Shown here: one piece after another, positions 1-9,182 of the stretch
Layout: each line of letters starts with the position of its first letter
Numbering within the stretch: position 1 is the stretch's first letter
IMG/VR virus record: IMGVR_UViG_3300049846_001393
Coordinates: 1 to 64,000 of that record
Strand: one strand, 5' to 3'
Length of the DNA stretch: 64,000 nucleotides
Origin: a virus
Translations under genes and position numbers: made by a program
Notes under the pieces: model-generated
The model's database searches: none
What the model was told of the DNA's origin: nothing
What the model saw: only the letters and a program-made list of their open reading frames with translations

Positions 1-111
1 ACCCCGGCCCTGACACGGGTGCGGGACCGGCGCCCCTCACAGCGCCTCTCAGCGCCACGCAAGGGCCATGCCCACCCTTTATCTACAACGATTATGGACG
101 TTAATTAAACT

Positions 112-297
112 ATGTTCCCTTGGGAAGACTTTAATATTAAAGCAAGATACGATGGAAGTTATACTGTTCAAGTATTAGACATCGAAACTAGGGGAATATA
201 TTACATAGTCAGATACAGGGATGAAACCTTTGAAGCCCACAGAGATAAACTGGTCTTCATTGAAGATAAAAAGAAAACAGAAAAAAAGAAAAAATAA
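112..297 (+). CDS. hypothetical protein
   Basis: 61-aa ORF with a Lys-rich C-terminus, co-oriented with the next gene. Confidence 0.55.
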   Translation: MFPWEDFNIKARYDGSYTVQVLDIETRGIYYIVRYRDETFEAHRDKLVFIEDKKKTEKKKK

Positions 298-321
298 CTG
301 TCCCTCTAACATTGGAATAAT

Positions 322-747
322 ATGTCTATTAAAAATTCAATTAAAGCTATAAGTATTTGTATGATTGCACTCTTAGGAACAGCATGTCTACCTCATGAGC
401 AAGCAATCTTTAACTCACTAACCCCACAACAGCAGGCTGCGGTAAGAGCACACGAAGCAAGCAAGGTACCAAGCAGAGATTGCTACACTGCAATCGCAAA
501 GCATTGGCCTGCAAACCTACATGGTTGGGCTAGGTCAATAGTTTGGAGAGAGTCACGAAACATTCCTAGTGCTGCCAATCCACGATCCTCAGCACGAGGC
601 TGTTTCCAAATGTTGCTACGCTACTCTGCACCATTCTACAAGAGGGTTGGCTGCAACAACTATATGTGGGCTAATCCAGACTGCAATGTTAAAGCAGCAT
701 ACCAATTATACAAAGTTGCTGGCAAGAGTCCGTGGAGAGTTTACTAA
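322..747 (+). CDS. lytic transglycosylase (SLT/lysozyme-like) lipoprotein
   Basis: Signal peptide with lipobox-like LGTAC; SLT motifs IVWRES..P.A.N..SSARGCFQ, NVKAAYQLY and C-terminal SPW. Confidence 0.75.
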   Translation: MSIKNSIKAISICMIALLGTACLPHEQAIFNSLTPQQQAAVRAHEASKVPSRDCYTAIAKHWPANLHGWARSIVWRESRNIPSAANPRSSARGCFQMLLRYSAPFYKRVGCNNYMWANPDCNVKAAYQLYKVAGKSPWRVY

Positions 748-768
748 AATAAAAGTTATTGACAACTG

Positions 769-800
769 AAAAGGGGAGGGGTTTATTCCCCTCCCCTTTT
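769..800. terminator. bidirectional intrinsic terminator
   Basis: Perfect inverted repeat AAAAGGGGAGGGG-tttatt-CCCCTCCCCTTTT between convergent genes. Confidence 0.85.
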
Positions 801-818
801 CTAGTTATATAAAGAATT

Positions 819-1478
819 CTACTTCTTTACAAGAAGAACACCAAATATAATCATAGCGGAACCAATACAAACAAGAATCCAGGAATTAAAACCTGTCTCT
901 GCAAGTTCAGCGCCTTTAACCTGAACAGCAGCATCGCCTATTTCTGGCTCTGGAACTGTTGTTTGGACGCTGGTCGTCGTGGTTCCCTTGACGGTTGTGG
1001 TCGTTGGAATTGTGGAAGTTGAAGATGTAGTTGAACTGCTAGAAGTTATCGTAGAAGAACTAGTTGTCGTAGGATTACTTGTAGTTGTAGTGATAGCGGT
1101 TGTGGTAGTTCCTGTAGGAAGACAAACAATCCAATGCGAAACAGCGGACTGCTGACCACCGTTATTTAAGGGTGCAAGATAATTGCCACCAATAGAAGGA
1201 TTGTCGTACACAGCATTACCACCATCAACAGCGCCACCCTTAACAATCAATGCAATAAGCGGAGCATCCACGACAATTCCATTTGCGTTGCTGTTCAGAT
1301 GGCCGTACTGTGAAGTCTCGTTAGGCTCGTACTTAATGCATGTTGCCTTATAAATATCAGACCAATAATCTGAACTATTTGAATTAGATGTGCTTGCATA
1401 CGATGGCATAGACGTCATTCCAGTAAAGAATAATCCTAAACCAAAAACAATAACAGCTAAACTAATTTTATTCTTCAA
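819..1478 (-). CDS. secreted Thr/Ser-rich surface protein with LAETG sortase-type anchor
   Basis: N-terminal signal peptide, small globular domain, long T/S tract, then ELAETG + hydrophobic helix + KK. Confidence 0.75.
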   Translation of the reverse strand: MKNKISLAVIVFGLGLFFTGMTSMPSYASTSNSNSSDYWSDIYKATCIKYEPNETSQYGHLNSNANGIVVDAPLIALIVKGGAVDGGNAVYDNPSIGGNYLAPLNNGGQQSAVSHWIVCLPTGTTTTAITTTTSNPTTTSSSTITSSSSTTSSTSTIPTTTTVKGTTTTSVQTTVPEPEIGDAAVQVKGAELAETGFNSWILVCIGSAMIIFGVLLVKK

Positions 1479-1595
1479 GAGGATACTCCCAATGTCTAAT
1501 CAAAAAAATGAAATTAAAAAAAATAAAAAAGCCGAAAAGCGAGTTGATGATACCATCAACCGTCTTCTTAAGAAAATAAACGAAGAAAAGAAAAT

Positions 1596-1880
1596 CTAGT
1601 TTATTTCTGTAAAATACTTCATCATTGGATGATAATCTATTGTTAGATCAACATGATTATCTTTACCATATATTGATTCTAAAATAAAATTAGCCCTAGA
1701 AGATCCATACAATTCAACAAATCTTTTAATTGTTGAGTGAAGATCATCTAGGGCTTTATCTGCTGTTTCACCAAATCCCATCATTGGCAAAATTGAATCA
1801 TCAGATGGGGCGGCTGCCGCACTGCATGGGTAGGCTGCATACTGTTTCCTACCTTTGCATACTACTATTGATGGATACAT
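1596..1880 (-). CDS. HicB-like (partial RNase H fold) protein
   Basis: Motif GFGETADKALDDL resembles HicB G.T..EA...L; start moved to ATG 1880 with TGGAG upstream. Confidence 0.45.
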   Translation of the reverse strand: MYPSIVVCKGRKQYAAYPCSAAAAPSDDSILPMMGFGETADKALDDLHSTIKRFVELYGSSRANFILESIYGKDNHVDLTIDYHPMMKYFTEIN

Positions 1881-1997
1881 ATGGGCTCCAATGAAGATAA
1901 GGTCAGTCCACATCCCCGCTGGACATGGGAGGCACTGACGAATGAGAATAACAAAGCCGATCCTGATCTCCTGGTCGAGGAGAATAGCGCAAAACCT

Positions 1998-2975
1998 TCA
2001 TAGTACCCTTGAGGCGATTGAATCGTAAACATCACGATCTTCACGAAGGACCTCAAGAACCTTCAACTTGCCTTGACCAAGATTCTCCCCAGTAGCAGCA
2101 TCAGCAAACCAAGCACCAGACTTCTTGATAACACCAGCATCAATAGCCATATCAAGAAGAGTAGACTCATTAGAAATACCTGAGTCATAAAGGATATCAA
2201 AAGAAGCGGTCTGGAAAGGTGGAGCAAAACGATTCTTCGTTGTCTTAACCTTTACAGTATGACCAACAATGTCATCACCCTGCTTAACCTGCCCTGTACG
2301 AGCAACCTCAACACGGGTAGAACACCAGAACTTCAAGCCACGACCACCAGTAGAATCAGTCTGTGGCCCATAACCCATGCCACCGATCTTCTCTCGGATC
2401 TGGTTGATCCAAACCACAACGACCTCAGAATGATCTGAACGCTGAGCAGCGCCAAGCTTTCTCATAGCCTGAGAAAGAAGTCTCGCCACAAGACCAACAT
2501 GAGCATCGCCGTAAGAGCCTTCAATCTCTGCCCTAGGAACAAGACCGGCAACAGAATCAACAACAATCGCAGCCACATCATCTGCACCAAGAATCATCTC
2601 AATCATCTCAAGAGCAGACTCGGCAGACTCAGGCTGGGCAACCATAAGATCATCAAGGTTTACGCCAGAGTTCTCTGCCATATGAGGATCAAAAGCATTC
2701 TCAAGATCAACAAGAACACACTTGCCGCGCTTCTGAGCCTCTGCCATAAACTTCATAGCAATAGAAGACTTACCAGAACCATGATTCCCGTACAGTTCAA
2801 CCATCTTACCAAGAGGGAACCCACCACCAAGAATATTGTCTAAAGCCAAAATACCTGTAGGAATTCTATCAACATCAATATTGATATCTTCTGACAAAGA
2901 GGTCAGAGTGTTGTCGCCATGAAGCTTATTAATTTCTGCCTGAATTGCAGACAGACTCTTCTTTGACTTAGACAT
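1998..2975 (-). CDS. recA: RecA recombinase
   Basis: IPTGILALD..LGGGFPLGK, Walker A GNHGSGKS, VVDSVAGLVPRAEIEG, INQIREKIG, TGGRGLKF, KNRFAPPF. Confidence 0.97.
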   Translation of the reverse strand: MSKSKKSLSAIQAEINKLHGDNTLTSLSEDINIDVDRIPTGILALDNILGGGFPLGKMVELYGNHGSGKSSIAMKFMAEAQKRGKCVLVDLENAFDPHMAENSGVNLDDLMVAQPESAESALEMIEMILGADDVAAIVVDSVAGLVPRAEIEGSYGDAHVGLVARLLSQAMRKLGAAQRSDHSEVVVVWINQIREKIGGMGYGPQTDSTGGRGLKFWCSTRVEVARTGQVKQGDDIVGHTVKVKTTKNRFAPPFQTASFDILYDSGISNESTLLDMAIDAGVIKKSGAWFADAATGENLGQGKLKVLEVLREDRDVYDSIASRVL

Positions 2976-2983
2976 TTACATCC

Positions 2984-3196
2984 TTAAAATAGTATCCAAT
3001 TTTTTCCGACCATTCCGTGAGCAAACATTGACAGCGAATCTGCCCTTGAATTAAAGCCAGACTGCCAAACAGAACAGGGCCACGAATGAATCTGAAAGTC
3101 ATCTTGATCACGATACCTTCTATGATACGAAGCGTTATCACAGGTGTATCTAGCGACCGCTGGTTTCCAGTAATCATCATCTTCGTCGTATTTCAT
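2984..3196 (-). CDS. hypothetical protein
   Basis: Fills the gap between dnaE and recA in the same orientation. Confidence 0.45.
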   Translation of the reverse strand: MKYDEDDDYWKPAVARYTCDNASYHRRYRDQDDFQIHSWPCSVWQSGFNSRADSLSMFAHGMVGKNWILF

Positions 3197-3219
3197 GGCA
3201 ACCACCAAAGGTTACCTTT

Positions 3220-6200
3220 TTAACGACTAGCATATTCTCCAAATAGATCTTTTATCTGGCAAATTAGACTATCATCAACATTCACAGTATAATTTCTGGG
3301 AAGTTTAAGTCTACTTGACTTGCTCAAATATAAAGATACAGGAGTCCAGCCATAATTAGAAACAAGTATCTTTTTAAGGCGAGAAATCATCTTCTCATCA
3401 TTAGAAAAGCCCTTAGGAAGATACAGATTAAATCCTATACTATCATCTGACTGTGGCTCAATATCAAAAGCATTCAAGCTTTCAAAAATAAAGTTCTTTT
3501 CACCATTATAATCTGTCCCAGCGCGAACAGACATAACACCTATCTTGCCGGCAACAAGATCATCATTGTAACTCTTTGGGAAAGCAACAGCCTCACGATT
3601 GCCTGACTGATCTTGAATACCAAGAATACCCATCTTCTGACCATTTTTAGTTCTTTTGACTTTAACATCAGAAATCAAAACAAGAACCTTTGCCTGCTTA
3701 CCATCAGAAAGCTGATCAAGCTCAACTACAGACCAGTCAGTCTTAGAGTCAGTAAAGTCATCAAGTGGATGACCTGAAATATAGAGACCAGCAATAGAAT
3801 ACTCATTCTGCAAAAGTTCATTAGTATCAAACTCTGCTGTAGGAATATCGAAATCATTAGGCATATCAAACAACTGTGATTGACCAGCCTCAATCTTTTT
3901 CTTTAACTTTCTGAAAGATTTCAATACCTCAGGTATAACTGTTGAAGTTCCTAGACGAGTACCAAACTCCTGCAATGCACCACTGTAAGATAGGGCGGTA
4001 AACTCTCTAGCGTTTGGATTAATGCGGCTTGCAATATCCATCATTCCAGAATAAGCACCGTTGGACTTACGATCATCAACAATCTGTGCAGCAGAATCAG
4101 CACCAATATGCCTAAGACCGGCTAATCCAACACGAAGACCATCTTCCTCAACAGAGAACAAAACATCAGACTTATTGATATCTGGCGGATAGATTTTCAT
4201 CCCCATTGACCTAGCCTCATTTAGATAAAAGGCACATCTGTCAATATCGTCAATCATGGAACCACAAAGAGCAGCCATGAACTCTTTTGGAAAATTAGCC
4301 TTTAAATACGCTGTCTGATACGAGATATATGCGTAACTATATGCATGTGAAGAGTTGAATGAATAGCGTGAGAAACCTTCAATCATATCAAAAAGCTTAG
4401 AAGCAAAGTCAGAATCGTAGCCATTCTCAATGCAACCAGCAACGAATTTGCCACGCTCTTCTATCATCTTATCTATAAGCTTTTTACCCATCACTTTACG
4501 CAACAGATCAGCTTCAGTAAGAGAATAGCCAGCAAACTTCTTAGCAATCTCCAGAACTGATTCCTGATATATGCATAGACCAAGAGTGTTCCTAAGAATA
4601 GGCTCAGCGTCCTTATGGAAAAATGTTATAGCCTGTCTACCATTCTTACGATCTGCATAGTCGTTGTGCATATTCTCGGCCATAGGGCCGGGACGGTAAA
4701 GGGCAACAACAGCAGCAATATCGTCAATAGAGTTCGGCTGTAGTCTATGAAGAAGACTTCTCATAGGCTTAGACTCTAACTGAAATACACCAACAGTATC
4801 GCCAGACTTTAATAGATCAAAAGTTTTAATATCATCAAAAGATGTATTATCAATACCTGGATCATATCCAATGAGATTTATGCAATCAGATATAACGTCA
4901 AGAGTTCTGAGACCCAAGAAATCCATCTTGAGAAGCCCAAGATCCTCAACAGTGTCCTTCTCGTACTGAGTAACTACAGGACCATCACCACGCCTCTGTA
5001 CGGGCACATAGTCGGTTATAGGGCCGGGGGTGATAACAATGCCAGCGGCATGAATACCGTCCTGACGAACAAGACCTTCAAGACCTTTAGCAACATCAAT
5101 AATCTCTCTGACACTGCCATCGGAATTATACATATCCCTAAGCGATGCAGCATTTTTATAGCCAATATCGTAACGATCAGAATGCTCAAAGCAAGCATTG
5201 ATAGGCGTGATATCTCCCATTACAGGTTCAGGCATTGCCTTAGAAATCTTATCAGCAACCTTAGGCTCATAACCAAGAACACGGCCAGCGTCACGAACGG
5301 CAGCACGGGCACGAATGATATTGAAAGTAATAATCTGAGCTACATGATCTTCGCCGTACTTCTCAACAACATAATTGATCATATACTCACGATAACGTGA
5401 ATCATAATCTAGATCAATATCTGGCAAAGCAATACGGCCAGGATTCAAGAAACGCTCAAAGATCAAACCATGACGTAAAGGATCTACCTTAGTAATATCA
5501 AGGCAATAAGAAATAATACTGCCAGCAGCAGAACCACGAGCAGGTCCACGGCGAATTCCCTGACGATCAGCAAACCTCTGCAGATCCCAAACAATCAAGA
5601 AATAAGAAGAAAGACCCATTGAGTCAATAACACTCAACTCGTAGGCAAGCCGAGCAAAATGCTCATCTGACGGGCTCTCGTATCTCTCAAGAAGGCCATC
5701 AAAGGCAAGCTTTGTAAGATACTGCGTTGCACTATCGTACTTTTCTGGTACATCAAAGATAGGTAGGTGAAGTTCGTCAAATCTAAGATTGACATTAGCC
5801 CTATCTGCAATAACAAGAGTATTATCGCAAGCCTCTTCAACATGCATGAAAAGATTACGCATCTCTTCAGAAGACTTTAGATAGTGCTGGTCTGACTGAA
5901 ATCTGAACCTGTTCTCATCAGAAATCTTAGAACCAGTCTGACAGCACAACAAAGAATCGTGTGCAATATGGTCACTATGATTAACATAGTGAAGATCATT
6001 TGTTGCTATCAGAGGCGCATTGATTCTACGAGATATCTCAATGAGCTGCGGATTGGTCTTGACCTGTTCTGATAAACCGTGATTTTGGAGTTCGATGTAA
6101 AAATTATCATTCCCGAAGATTTCTTGAAGCCTAGCCGCCTTCTGAAGCGCCTCATCGAACCTGTCATGCAACAACTCCTGAAGAATCGGGCCACCAAGAC

Positions 6201-6639
6201 AGCCACTAGTAACGATAAGACCCTTAGAATACTTCTCAAGAAGATCCCAGTCAGCCCTAGGCTTATGATAGAAACCCTCTAAGAAAGCATCAGAAGAAAG
6301 CTTTATAAGGTTCTGATAGCCATCATTGTTCTCGGCAAGAACAGTTAAATGATAGTAACGCTTATCTGAACCATCAAGGTCAGAATGGCCCTTACCTTTT
6401 GGTGTCCTATCAAATCTATCATCGGCAAAGTAAGACTCAATACCGAGAACAGGATTTACATCATGCTTCTTGCAGGTCTTGTAAAAATCTACAAGCCCCC
6501 AAAGAACACCATGATCAGTGATTCCCAAGGACTTCTGTCCATCTGCCTTTGCAGCAAGAACTAGTTCATCAATTTTTGCTGCACCATCTAAGGCACTGTA
6601 AGAAGTGTGGTTGTGTAGGTGGCAAAAACTTTTTGACAA
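3220..6639 (-). CDS. dnaE: DNA polymerase III alpha subunit (family C)
   Basis: PHP motif HLHNHTSYSALDG, ITDHG, RGSAAGS, PDIDLD, LLKMDFLGL, YSFNSSHA, C-terminal OB fold; likely start is TTG at 6639, just after the upstream stop. Confidence 0.97.
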   Translation of the reverse strand: MSKSFCHLHNHTSYSALDGAAKIDELVLAAKADGQKSLGITDHGVLWGLVDFYKTCKKHDVNPVLGIESYFADDRFDRTPKGKGHSDLDGSDKRYYHLTVLAENNDGYQNLIKLSSDAFLEGFYHKPRADWDLLEKYSKGLIVTSGCLGGPILQELLHDRFDEALQKAARLQEIFGNDNFYIELQNHGLSEQVKTNPQLIEISRRINAPLIATNDLHYVNHSDHIAHDSLLCCQTGSKISDENRFRFQSDQHYLKSSEEMRNLFMHVEEACDNTLVIADRANVNLRFDELHLPIFDVPEKYDSATQYLTKLAFDGLLERYESPSDEHFARLAYELSVIDSMGLSSYFLIVWDLQRFADRQGIRRGPARGSAAGSIISYCLDITKVDPLRHGLIFERFLNPGRIALPDIDLDYDSRYREYMINYVVEKYGEDHVAQIITFNIIRARAAVRDAGRVLGYEPKVADKISKAMPEPVMGDITPINACFEHSDRYDIGYKNAASLRDMYNSDGSVREIIDVAKGLEGLVRQDGIHAAGIVITPGPITDYVPVQRRGDGPVVTQYEKDTVEDLGLLKMDFLGLRTLDVISDCINLIGYDPGIDNTSFDDIKTFDLLKSGDTVGVFQLESKPMRSLLHRLQPNSIDDIAAVVALYRPGPMAENMHNDYADRKNGRQAITFFHKDAEPILRNTLGLCIYQESVLEIAKKFAGYSLTEADLLRKVMGKKLIDKMIEERGKFVAGCIENGYDSDFASKLFDMIEGFSRYSFNSSHAYSYAYISYQTAYLKANFPKEFMAALCGSMIDDIDRCAFYLNEARSMGMKIYPPDINKSDVLFSVEEDGLRVGLAGLRHIGADSAAQIVDDRKSNGAYSGMMDIASRINPNAREFTALSYSGALQEFGTRLGTSTVIPEVLKSFRKLKKKIEAGQSQLFDMPNDFDIPTAEFDTNELLQNEYSIAGLYISGHPLDDFTDSKTDWSVVELDQLSDGKQAKVLVLISDVKVKRTKNGQKMGILGIQDQSGNREAVAFPKSYNDDLVAGKIGVMSVRAGTDYNGEKNFIFESLNAFDIEPQSDDSIGFNLYLPKGFSNDEKMISRLKKILVSNYGWTPVSLYLSKSSRLKLPRNYTVNVDDSLICQIKDLFGEYASR

Positions 6640-6640
6640 T

Positions 6641-7066
6641 TTAGAAATCCAGAATATCGCTATAAAGCTTGTGAAGTAGTTTGTTAAACGCCACAGCAGA
6701 ATCGTGCGGAATAACAATGTTATCATCCACGACGCTGTTGTGAATACCAATTCCCCTCAAAAAGGAGGAAATATTTGAAAGACTCTTGCCTACCTCAGAG
6801 TTTGGACCAACAATATCTGATGCAAGATTAACATTAGCACCAACAGTTCCATCAATCTGCTTTACAACAGAATTAGGTGTAGCCCAAACTCTTTCACCAT
6901 TTGATTCAAGAACAAAAGAATGATTGTAATTGCCCGCATCATACATTGATACAAGCATACCAATACCATACTTTAATGGCTCATTATAATTTATAGAACC
7001 ATTTGCTGAAAAAGTGCGGTACTTGATCTGATATTTATTACCAATTATAAGATCTGCCGATCTCAT
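6641..7066 (-). CDS. hypothetical protein
   Basis: 141-aa ORF coupled to its neighbours (ATGA overlap). Confidence 0.65.
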   Translation of the reverse strand: MRSADLIIGNKYQIKYRTFSANGSINYNEPLKYGIGMLVSMYDAGNYNHSFVLESNGERVWATPNSVVKQIDGTVGANVNLASDIVGPNSEVGKSLSNISSFLRGIGIHNSVVDDNIVIPHDSAVAFNKLLHKLYSDILDF

Positions 7067-7425
7067 GAAAACCTCACAGGATTATCTAGTGAACCATTGA
7101 TCCAATTAAGAATAAGATTTGCAATAGGAATATTACCATCATTCCAAAAGCTTTTATCAGCAAGCTTTCTTGACCAAGAAGCGCAGTCAGAATCAAGTAT
7201 CATAGATACATGATCAATAAAAGCATCTCTTGCATCACTTCTAACATTATAGTTATCAACAAAAATATTAGAAGAACTAACAATCCCTGCAACATGCATA
7301 ATACACATCTCAATTTCCATCTGAGAAATTGAAGTAGGATCAAACATCTTTAAGAAATCAAGTGCATCGCCAATGTTATAGCGAATACCATCCTGCTCTA
7401 GTTTTAGATACTCTTGAACATCCAT
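7063..7425 (-). CDS. hypothetical protein
   Basis: ORF in operon; start refined to MDVQEY. Confidence 0.65.
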   Translation of the reverse strand: MDVQEYLKLEQDGIRYNIGDALDFLKMFDPTSISQMEIEMCIMHVAGIVSSSNIFVDNYNVRSDARDAFIDHVSMILDSDCASWSRKLADKSFWNDGNIPIANLILNWINGSLDNPVRFS

Positions 7426-7429
7426 CTCT

Positions 7430-7843
7430 CTATCCCTTAAACCTATCGTCAGTACCAAGTTCTCTGATCTGAAACGAGGTCAATGCTAGAGCGTGCCAAG
7501 CCGCATGAATCACATGAGGAAGGCCAGACTCCTCATCGACATCTTCTCCAGCCCAGAACTGCTGCATATGCCTCATCATCGCGTTGTAACTCAATGACCA
7601 GTCATATCCTTTCAGATAATTATATTTCTCATACTTCTCAGCCCCCATACCAGCGACCTTGCCAAGTTCATACATAGCAACTGGATCTATGAAACTAATC
7701 TGAGAATATTTAGAACCTTTTGCGCCACCAGTATTACTGTCAACAACAATAGTTTCTTTATCGTTTATTAGTTTTCTAGATCCAAGATCGTTGTGAACTT
7801 TTGAAGCTTTCCTGAGTTTCTTAAATCTACCAGATGGAGGCAT
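7430..7843 (-). CDS. dATP/dGTP diphosphohydrolase-like protein (DUF5664)
   Basis: TGGAKG..., GAEKYEKYNYLKGYDWS, AMMRH...FWAGEDVDEESGLPHVIHAAW; true start uncertain. Confidence 0.8.
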   Translation of the reverse strand: MPPSGRFKKLRKASKVHNDLGSRKLINDKETIVVDSNTGGAKGSKYSQISFIDPVAMYELGKVAGMGAEKYEKYNYLKGYDWSLSYNAMMRHMQQFWAGEDVDEESGLPHVIHAAWHALALTSFQIRELGTDDRFKG

Positions 7844-8196
7844 AATGGCTGATATCTCTTTTTGTCAGAATGAACAGTGTCGTGATGCTTAAAACATAGA
7901 GTGATGAGATTATCTGGATCATTAGATCCACCCTCACTCCTGTATTTGATATGATGAACATGAAGTCCATATTCAGTGCCACAGTATCTACATCTAAACT
8001 CGTCAAGTTTTATAATCTCAAGTTTATCTCCAGAAGAAAGATCATTAGACTTCTTCTTCTGTTTAGAAACCCGCTTCTTACGAGTAGAATTTACATACTC
8101 ATGAAGATGATCTTCACAGCAAAAAGCTTGGATACTTCTTCTAATAGCAGAATCTCTATCCACATACTTTTTACAGTAAGAACATCTAACTTTCAT
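7768..8196 (-). CDS. HNH endonuclease with N-terminal Zn-binding motif
   Basis: CRYCG...LHVHHIKYRSEGGSNDPDNLITLCFKHHDTVH; N-terminal CSYC..FCC. Confidence 0.9.
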   Translation of the reverse strand: MKVRCSYCKKYVDRDSAIRRSIQAFCCEDHLHEYVNSTRKKRVSKQKKKSNDLSSGDKLEIIKLDEFRCRYCGTEYGLHVHHIKYRSEGGSNDPDNLITLCFKHHDTVHSDKKRYQPLCLHLVDLRNSGKLQKFTTILDLEN

Positions 8197-8491
8197 CGGC
8201 CTTCTCTAAATCATATCTAAAAGCTGCCAGATGACGCTTACGGTGAAGTTCGACAGAGTTTCTTTCCTTCTCAGTTAAACCACCCCTAATAAAACCATCA
8301 TTAAAATAGATAGCATTATCTAAGCATTCAACCCTTACAGAGCAAGCAGAGCAAATCTTTTTTGCCTCCGCAACATGATCTTCGCTATAAAAAATTGACA
8401 TATCCTTGCCAACACAGTTAGCGAAAGAACGCCAATTGGCTTTAAAAATATCTGCAAGAGAACTATAAAAATTGTCAATATCTGACATCAA
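8186..8491 (-). CDS. whiB: WhiB family Fe-S transcription factor
   Basis: W...ANC...D..IFY....AKKICSACSVRVECL...GGLTEKER, with four conserved Cys. Confidence 0.9.
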   Translation of the reverse strand: MMSDIDNFYSSLADIFKANWRSFANCVGKDMSIFYSEDHVAEAKKICSACSVRVECLDNAIYFNDGFIRGGLTEKERNSVELHRKRHLAAFRYDLEKADES

Positions 8492-8793
8492 TCATCCTCA
8501 ATCATGCGCTTATAAGCCCACTCACGAGGATTCTCGGTAGTATCTACAAACTCATCAGGAGGATTACGAAGCTCAATATAACCCCACTGAATCATCTCAA
8601 TAAGACGCTCCTGAATCTCAAAATACATTTGGATTCGATCCTCGTCCTCATCAATAGGAATTACCATAGTCTTAGCAAGCATCACAGTCTCTGACTGATC
8701 ATTCTTTTCTAAGAAAGTAACTTCAATTGCATCATCAGTAAATGCTACACTTGTAACAAAAGTATCGAAGTTTAGAACCTGCTCTAATCTCAT
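8488..8793 (-). CDS. hypothetical acidic protein
   Basis: Coupled ORF in operon. Confidence 0.65.
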   Translation of the reverse strand: MRLEQVLNFDTFVTSVAFTDDAIEVTFLEKNDQSETVMLAKTMVIPIDEDEDRIQMYFEIQERLIEMIQWGYIELRNPPDEFVDTTENPREWAYKRMIEDD

Positions 8794-9182
8794 ATTGCTT
8801 CCTTATTAAATAGGCTATCCTGCTCCATGATTTCATCAATAGAAACAGGCTGAACATTATTGGATGGAATCTCAATAATTCCATCATTAATCCCAGTAAC
8901 AGAAAGACCAGCCTGGTCATAAACATAGGCAGCCTTATCTGAATCCATTGGCGTAACAGACACAATCTTCATTGTATTAGAACGCTTAAGATCACCAGTT
9001 TTCATGTAAGAAAACTTTGGCACATCAACCCTTGCTGTAACAATAAACGTTACAAGATCACCATTGGAAATGGTGCAACCATCATCTTCTTCCATAATGA
9101 ATGGACCGCTAAAACGACCCTCATAGATGGCAACGGGATCTCCATCGAAATACTCCTTACCATCGCGCAATTCCTTACCCAT
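8790..9182 (-). CDS. hypothetical protein
   Basis: Coupled ORF in operon. Confidence 0.65.
   Translation of the reverse strand: MGKELRDGKEYFDGDPVAIYEGRFSGPFIMEEDDGCTISNGDLVTFIVTARVDVPKFSYMKTGDLKRSNTMKIVSVTPMDSDKAAYVYDQAGLSVTGINDGIIEIPSNNVQPVSIDEIMEQDSLFNKEAI

Noticed and set aside
1-80. GC-rich stretch at the window start
   Set aside because: Could be part of a terminal or non-coding region, but it is truncated and shows no interpretable repeat.
1390-1599. Plus-strand Lys-rich ORF (possible 35-aa product from 1492)
   Set aside because: Overlaps or abuts the start of the divergent surface-protein gene with no room for a promoter; low complexity, so unsupported.
3220-6750. Extended DnaE N-terminus or an intein
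   Set aside because: The extension overlaps the upstream gene; the protein is normal length with no intein splice motifs.
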